Shown here: piece by piece, positions 31,608-36,906 of the stretch
How the letters are laid out: each line of letters starts with the position of its first letter
Position numbering within the stretch: the first letter of the stretch is position 1
DNA from: a virus
Taxonomy: Duplodnaviria; Caudoviricetes
IMG/VR virus record: IMGVR_UViG_3300030376_006779
Coordinates: 1 to 36,906 of that record
DNA length: 36,906 nt
Reading direction: 5' to 3' (one strand)
The notes under the pieces: model-generated
Told to the model about the DNA's origin: nothing
Database searches by the model: none
Seen by the model: the letters and a program-made list of their open reading frames with translations, nothing else
Program-made: the position numbers and the translations under genes

Positions 31608-32584
31608 TGGACGAGGAGGAGGAGTTAGAGGAGCTTGAAGATAAGCTCGATGAGCTGAAGCGGAAGGTTGAGGAAATCGAGTCTCAAGTCACGACCAATA
31701 CCGAGGCTACCGAAGAGAGGCCCTACCAGCAAATCGTTTCTTCTGACAGACCCTTCGTTCTACATTGGGTATCCGGGCAATTTGGAGGAGTGGACTCCGT
31801 AGCAAAGGCAAAATGGGCTTTTGCGAATGCGATTAAGGATAAGAAGAATTCAAGCAAACCCGTACAGCACGGAGATATGATGATCCTTGATACGGACTGT
31901 CCTTGGTACGGGCTGCTTGTCGAGCAAGGGGAGATTTACCAATCGGTTGGATACGAGGGCGAAGACCCTATAGGCATAGTAGTTTGGAACGGATGCTCCG
32001 AGCTTACCGATTGCGCATGCGACGACACTATAGAGGAGTTAATATCCGGAGGGATTGACGAGAGCAGTCCAGACACATCCTGGAAAGTGTCCCTGGGCAC
32101 TTGCGTATGGTTCAACCAACTCATGAGCGTGTCGATATACTCGCACACTTCAGCTGGAACGGTTCTTTTGACAAAGACCCGAGCATTCACGCTAAACAAA
32201 TGCGGGGCGGTAGTAGATGTCGGTAGGGAAGTCGAGGACTCCCTTCTCATACCATGCGAATGTGGGGAGGATCCTCCCACAGGTAATTACGATGATTGCT
32301 CGGAGTTCGCAACAATGCCGAACTCCATAACCTTAGAGGAGACGGATAGTCAGGGCACTGTTACGACCACGACTCTATACAAATACACGATATCGTCGAC
32401 TTTCTGCCGGTTTACCACGGATAGCACTGGCGGATCAGCTGGGGGTGGAGTCAATGATTACTCCGTACGATTTCTCTCCGGATTATGGAAGGTCTATAAA
32501 ACGGGAACTGCATACGCAACCCACCACTTATTTTTTGGGAACTATACAACCATAAACGGAACTAGTACGTGGAAAGTGTTATGA
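31607..32584 (+). CDS. Putative tail fibre/spike-like protein with N-terminal coiled coil and Cys-rich middle (325 aa)
   Basis: LEELEDKLDELKRKVEEIESQV coiled coil; several Cys pairs (DCACDD, PCECG); T/G/Y-rich C-terminal domain. Confidence 0.5.
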   Translation: MDEEEELEELEDKLDELKRKVEEIESQVTTNTEATEERPYQQIVSSDRPFVLHWVSGQFGGVDSVAKAKWAFANAIKDKKNSSKPVQHGDMMILDTDCPWYGLLVEQGEIYQSVGYEGEDPIGIVVWNGCSELTDCACDDTIEELISGGIDESSPDTSWKVSLGTCVWFNQLMSVSIYSHTSAGTVLLTKTRAFTLNKCGAVVDVGREVEDSLLIPCECGEDPPTGNYDDCSEFATMPNSITLEETDSQGTVTTTTLYKYTISSTFCRFTTDSTGGSAGGGVNDYSVRFLSGLWKVYKTGTAYATHHLFFGNYTTINGTSTWKVL

Positions 32585-32739
32585 CCGACGAAAAGAAAGA
32601 ACCCTCAAAAGGCCTGGGCGATACGGTCAAGAAGATCACGGACAAGCTAAAAATACCCCAATGCGGAGCCTGTAAGAAAAGACAGGCAAAACTCAATCGG
32701 TTGTTTCCTTACGAACCTAAGGATAATAATAAGAAGTGA
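32581..32739 (+). CDS. Small basic CxxC protein (52 aa), absent from the ORF track
   Basis: Hand translation: MTDEKKEPSKGLGDTVKKITDKLKIPQCGACKKRQAKLNRLFPYEPKDNNKK*. ATGA and GTGA overlaps on both sides. Confidence 0.8.
   Translation: MTDEKKEPSKGLGDTVKKITDKLKIPQCGACKKRQAKLNRLFPYEPKDNNKK
32693..32735 (+). promoter_or_regulatory. Possible degenerate fourth copy of the late promoter
   Basis: TCAATCGGTT (8/10 match) lies exactly 43 nt before the GTG at 32736, with TAATAA at the -10 position. It is inside a coding region, so it may be coincidental. Confidence 0.35.
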
Positions 32740-34892
32740 GATTTTTTCGCATACCGGCCTTTACGGGCATAGAAACCCACCGGGACGATATGGATCGGGG
32801 GAGCTTGCGCACGGTCGAAGGTTGTGTACCGCACGGCCCGGGAGGATTAAGATCCGGACCGGTCTGGTCTAAGATTGGGGATGTCAGCCAGTTCTCCGCG
32901 ATTGCTGAAAATCATGTGTCGGCCGCAGATGACGGCAAAGGGAATTCGCTCTTTTTCGTTAGTCGAGAGTCGGAAGTCCATGACCTGCTTGTAACGTCCA
33001 CGGAGAACACCGCTCTTGTATCACTTGGTGCAAGCTACGGTGTGATAAATAACTCTGTTTTCGACCAAGGGGACGCATCGTTAACCCCAGTAGGTAATCG
33101 CTTGTACGCCTTAGGCGATGGGAGTGAGGAGGCAGTTGTCACGATTGGCGAAGGCCCTCCGCACATCACCCACAGTGTGACTCCAGATCAGACTCTTTAC
33201 AGTCAGGAGTGGTCAAGGTTTCCGAACTGTCAATTTTATGTCGCCGGACCAAAGAAAACTATCTTTGCAGCAGGTAATCCTGCCGACCCGCTAGTCGTTT
33301 ATATTTCCGAACCCGCTGGTGTTACACAGCCCGTGCGAGACAATCCATACTCAACCTACGAAACGGGACACTACGAAGGTGTGTTGAGCGAGGTTCGAAT
33401 CTTGGGGAGTAACGCCTCAAAAATTACTGCTTTGAGCACCCGGCAGGACCGGGTAGTCGTTCACACCGATAAAGGATGCCATATTCTATATGCCCCATCT
33501 CCCGATCAGGCTAGTACGGGATACCGTACAGAACAGGTGTCGGCCACGAACACCTCGGCCGCAGTTAACTCTCAAACCGTTGCAGGAGACGGGGGGACGC
33601 AACCTTTTTGGTTGGGTCACGACGGACAAATTTATAAGGACGAGGCAGCTGTGCGCGGAGCCGAAGACTTTAAATCGTATGCCGATCCTCAACAGGCAAG
33701 TTGGAAAGCGAAGGGCAAATGGGAGAAGGAACACCCCGCTAATCTGGAGAATTCATTCGCTACATATGATCCCCAATCTGGAATGTATTGGGTATTTGTA
33801 GAAAGCTCGGAGAGTCCCGTAAATACGAGAAAGCCCACGGAGGGTCCGACCAGCCTTTCCGGAATTGTCAAGCCCGTCAACGGCCCAACAGGTTTGGGAG
33901 CGATTACCGCGCCTACTGATGGACCAACAGGGCTGGTAACTCAGGAGATTGTTACACCTACCAGTGGACCAACAGGGCTGGTAACTCAGGAGATTGTTGC
34001 ACCTACCAGTGGGCCGACAGGGTTGTCGGCAACTCAGTATATTGTTGCACCTGCTAATGGGCCGACAGGGTTGTCAGCAACTCAGCAGGTCGTTGCACCA
34101 ACCAGCGGACCTACAGGGTTATCGGCAACTCAGCAAGCATCCGCACCTGCTAGCGGACCTACGGTACTAACCGCGACCGCCATGCCGTTTCCGCATTTGC
34201 ACTATCTTATCCCGGGAACGCCGAGTTACGCTGGGGACAAGATGTACGCTACTGGGCTGACGTACAACCCGACTCTAAGCACTTATCATATCAATAATTT
34301 CGGGTACCAGAGCTTTACTAACGTAGCTACCCCGACGCAAACATCCGAACTAGCAGCAACAGCAAACACGGGGAGTACGTGTAATGTTGAGATGAGCATG
34401 TATTTCCCAGGAGGTGGGTTGAGGCACTTCCTTCGTAGCAATTCAACGTGCAGTTTTTATCAGCATTGGATCGAGATGACATACGCTGGTCTTCTGGATC
34501 TGGATGTGTTTATCGCTACTACTGCTACGGGAGCGACAGGTAACTGGAATGCGGGTTTTGGATCCCCAGCTTGGCATTACCAAGAAGTTGATGCCTCTAC
34601 AGGCGGAGTGTGGGATGTGTGGGTGGCCGCTGGAAACACAACTGGGGTATACAACGTTGTCAAGAGACTCGGTTCGAACTCAGCCCCGTTCTTCTGGACG
34701 ATGGCAAACGCTAGTGCCGGGTCGCCAATGGGCATACCTTCCGTAGGTGCCCCCGCATACTTGCCCAACCCATTAGGCAGTGGTCAACGCTTAGAGATGT
34801 TCATCAGTTCTGGTGCTGGTACTCACAACTATGCAACTAGTGAAAACAGGTACTTTGACCACAATAACACTACCCACCTTCTTCCAGTATGA
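32736..34892 (+). CDS. Putative tail nozzle (tubular protein B-like) N-terminal part, repeat array and C-terminal accessory domain (718 aa)
   Basis: Nozzle-like start (AFTGIET...GGLRSGP) and beta-propeller-like strands (VVYISEP, KITALSTRQDRVVVHT, PFWLGHDGQIY, FATYDPQSGMYWVFV). Then 8 PxxGPT repeats and a T/G/Y/W-rich domain. Confidence 0.65.
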   Translation: MRFFRIPAFTGIETHRDDMDRGSLRTVEGCVPHGPGGLRSGPVWSKIGDVSQFSAIAENHVSAADDGKGNSLFFVSRESEVHDLLVTSTENTALVSLGASYGVINNSVFDQGDASLTPVGNRLYALGDGSEEAVVTIGEGPPHITHSVTPDQTLYSQEWSRFPNCQFYVAGPKKTIFAAGNPADPLVVYISEPAGVTQPVRDNPYSTYETGHYEGVLSEVRILGSNASKITALSTRQDRVVVHTDKGCHILYAPSPDQASTGYRTEQVSATNTSAAVNSQTVAGDGGTQPFWLGHDGQIYKDEAAVRGAEDFKSYADPQQASWKAKGKWEKEHPANLENSFATYDPQSGMYWVFVESSESPVNTRKPTEGPTSLSGIVKPVNGPTGLGAITAPTDGPTGLVTQEIVTPTSGPTGLVTQEIVAPTSGPTGLSATQYIVAPANGPTGLSATQQVVAPTSGPTGLSATQQASAPASGPTVLTATAMPFPHLHYLIPGTPSYAGDKMYATGLTYNPTLSTYHINNFGYQSFTNVATPTQTSELAATANTGSTCNVEMSMYFPGGGLRHFLRSNSTCSFYQHWIEMTYAGLLDLDVFIATTATGATGNWNAGFGSPAWHYQEVDASTGGVWDVWVAAGNTTGVYNVVKRLGSNSAPFFWTMANASAGSPMGIPSVGAPAYLPNPLGSGQRLEMFISSGAGTHNYATSENRYFDHNNTTHLLPV
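33834..34181 (+). repeat. Eight tandem PxxGPTxLxx peptide repeats (13-16 aa unit)
   Basis: PTEGPTSLSG, PVNGPTGLGA, PTDGPTGLVT, PTSGPTGLVT, PTSGPTGLSA, PANGPTGLSA, PTSGPTGLSA, PASGPTVLTA. The 45-nt units at 33920-33964 and 33965-34009 differ by one base. Confidence 0.95.
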
Positions 34893-36906
34893 GCTTTTGC
34901 GAGACGATAAATATTACTAAAACGGATTCCTCAGCGGATATCTGCGAGGGAAACTATACATTCGACGCAGTTGCCAGAGAGTATGTTCATACAACGGATT
35001 CAAATTGCAGACTGAGTAAGTACATAGACTTCGCATCAGGTGAGTATAAATGGCGGGCATACCATTGGGTTCCTTCCGATCAGCCACAACCAGCGGGGAG
35101 CACGCTAAGCGCGCAATTTACAATGCCTCCCACAATAGTTTGTGCTACTACAAAATATCACCAAACGGCGGTTACCGAAGTGCCTAGTGATATCCTAACT
35201 GATCATAATGCTCATTTCTTACAAGAGGACGGAGATCTAAACGGATGCCCCGAGATGAGTACGTTCCCAGGCAGACCGAATATGTCCATGTCAGGAATGT
35301 CTAATGACGTGAGCGGTTTGTGGGAAAGTGGGAAAGGCGTATTCGCCGACCACGACCCCCTTGATGGGACGAGTTATGTCGAGGATGCAAGGCAAGTAGG
35401 CGTGCCTAGAGATAGGTGGGTATTAAATGGTGTAAATTGCGATGATCCATTTCGGGGAGATCCTGCCCCACAGGACGCAGATGTTACTAGATGGATCGCG
35501 AAGTACAATACGAGAACTTCTAAATACTGGGGTGACGAGCCGTCTGGTAGTACGACACCTGCATGGAGTATCGAACATGAGTGGACAAGGGATCAGAGCG
35601 GTAACGTCACAGGACAAACTTGGAATAAATCCGCTAACTTTAGTAACGATGTTGGCAGAGTGGATCAGTGCTTGATCAACGTCTATGTTATCGATCCTAC
35701 GCAAGGTATAGTGAACGACTCGGGGGCTACCAGTGGTGGTAAGATAATACCTTACCGAGAAGCTACGATAAACGACGGGACGTTTGGGCAGTCACAATAT
35801 GCAGGGTGGGTAGGCGGTATTCTGTGGCAATGGAATGAGACTACTCAAAGGATGGAAATAGAGGAAAGACCCTCTACTGCTCAAAACTACCCGATCTTCA
35901 GAGCAGGTGCTGGTGCCAACAATGACGAGCACGACATTTTAATATTAAACTCGAACGGGCAGAAAACAGCTATCTCAGATAACATCTGCTTTCTACATCA
36001 GAACTATTACGGAGCGAATGTTAATTATGATGATTATATCGCATATAACAACGCTACCTGGTCAGGTGTAGGTAGTGCAGCAGCTAGAACAGGTTTTGAG
36101 AAACATTGGTTGGGTGCAACGTTTTCATTCTTTGAGGATGCTGACTCCCTGACTCCTGAGTATATGGAGATCAAAATGATCACCCAGGACTCAGACTACG
36201 TAGACTGGATAAGTAATGGGAGCCAAGGTGCCTGTGCAAGCATGGGCTGGTACAGATCTGTAGGGATTGAAACAACTTCAGATATATCAGAAATGTGCCC
36301 AACTGATGCGGATTGGACGCAGACGGGAATAAGTGTAGCGGAAGCTTCCGAACCGTCCGTTGGACCAACCGCTCTTAATGCAACGACTCAGCCCGCTTCA
36401 GGACCGACAAATCTCAGTGCCGCGCAAGACGGGTCGGGGTCGGGCGGAGGATCTGGCGGAGGATCTGGCGGAGGATCTGGCGGAGGCGGAGGTACCGTAG
36501 CCCCAGCAGTAGGACCTACCGCTCTTACAGCGACGCAAGCACCTACAACTTTTACAGGAAACACGCTATCCTCAAAGTATCTCGGTTATGTAATCGACGA
36601 GCGCACAAGCTCGCTGTCCGGCCCATTCGATCATGAGTCAATCACAGCGGTTGCAACCCGGGACAATTCCGCAGAGATGTATGCTGTGACCGAGGACAAG
36701 AGTGTCAAGAAGACCGACCTGTTAGATTTTAACGAAGCAGTATTTCCAAAAGTCTCCGATCCATTCGGGAGCATCACCGTCCCATTTGACACGACTACTG
36801 AAAAAGGTGTTGTCTGCTCGAAGACCGGTGAGGGGTTTCTATACCGTGGACGTTATATGTCCGCGCCATTTGAGGAACCTGTTGACGGGCCGGGTACGGT
36901 CGAAGA
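34889..36906 (+). CDS. 3'-truncated tail protein (>672 aa), absent from the ORF track: Cys/Trp-rich N-terminal domain, repeats, probable C-terminal part of the nozzle
   Basis: ATGA overlap with the previous gene. Hand translation (MSFCETINITKTDSSADICEG...) shows no stop up to the window end. KYLGYVIDERTSSLSGPF...ITAVATRDNSAEMYAVT begins at 36575. Confidence 0.8.
   Translation, partial: MSFCETINITKTDSSADICEGNYTFDAVAREYVHTTDSNCRLSKYIDFASGEYKWRAYHWVPSDQPQPAGSTLSAQFTMPPTIVCATTKYHQTAVTEVPSDILTDHNAHFLQEDGDLNGCPEMSTFPGRPNMSMSGMSNDVSGLWESGKGVFADHDPLDGTSYVEDARQVGVPRDRWVLNGVNCDDPFRGDPAPQDADVTRWIAKYNTRTSKYWGDEPSGSTTPAWSIEHEWTRDQSGNVTGQTWNKSANFSNDVGRVDQCLINVYVIDPTQGIVNDSGATSGGKIIPYREATINDGTFGQSQYAGWVGGILWQWNETTQRMEIEERPSTAQNYPIFRAGAGANNDEHDILILNSNGQKTAISDNICFLHQNYYGANVNYDDYIAYNNATWSGVGSAAARTGFEKHWLGATFSFFEDADSLTPEYMEIKMITQDSDYVDWISNGSQGACASMGWYRSVGIETTSDISEMCPTDADWTQTGISVAEASEPSVGPTALNATTQPASGPTNLSAAQDGSGSGGGSGGGSGGGSGGGGGTVAPAVGPTALTATQAPTTFTGNTLSSKYLGYVIDERTSSLSGPFDHESITAVATRDNSAEMYAVTEDKSVKKTDLLDFNEAVFPKVSDPFGSITVPFDTTTEKGVVCSKTGEGFLYRGRYMSAPFEEPVDGPGTVE
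36353..36541 (+). repeat. Three PxxGPTxLxA repeats and a (GGGS)3 linker
   Basis: PSVGPTALNA, PASGPTNLSA and PAVGPTALTA; GGCGGAGGATCT repeated three times at 36443-36478. Confidence 0.92.

Larger units (their letters stand above)
1..36906 (+). mobile_element. Tailed bacteriophage genome segment (virion morphogenesis region, podovirus-like)
   Basis: Co-oriented, tightly packed genes with frequent TAATG/TGATG/ATGA overlaps. Portal, scaffold, capsid, adaptor and internal virion proteins are recognisable. No tape measure, sheath or host genes are seen. Free phage versus prophage cannot be decided from this window. Confidence 0.93.

Noticed and set aside
33834-34181. Repeat array as a CRISPR array or collagen-like repeat
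   Set aside because: The units are in-frame coding repeats with synonymous variation and no unique spacers, and Gly does not recur every third residue.
34868-34892. Programmed -1 frameshift fusing the two putative nozzle halves
   Set aside because: The second frame is open only from 34868 (TAA at 34865-34867) and there is no X XXY YYZ heptamer. The ATGA overlap points to translational coupling instead.

Overview
The window is a single, gene-dense, entirely + strand block of a tailed bacteriophage with podovirus-like architecture. In order it encodes: a 5'-truncated low-complexity internal virion protein; a giant 5845-aa polyvalent ejection-type protein (three HExxH peptidase motifs, a NADAR domain, an LPD38-like C-terminus); portal; small fibre/decoration genes; four small membrane proteins; scaffold; a DUF4043-like major capsid protein with a terminator; a head-tail adaptor; and tail genes. 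No terminase, endolysin, integrase, tRNA or CRISPR array is recognisable. Three real ORFs are missing from the supplied track (26067-26225, 32581-32739, 34889->36906). Main observations: (1) The putative tail nozzle gene appears split in two, and the halves together carry 11 copies of PxxGPTxLx(A/T/G), which resembles the first beta-strand of a fibronectin type III domain. A separate 94-aa gene encodes an FN3-like domain that lacks exactly that strand, suggesting a fibre built by donor-strand complementation in trans. (2) A (G/T)CAACCGGT(T/G)-N21-[-10 box]-N6-ATG element sits with identical spacing before three, possibly four, genes. (3) A DxQxGSQL motif occurs four times at module junctions in the giant protein. 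All family assignments come from motif recognition by eye, not from database searches.
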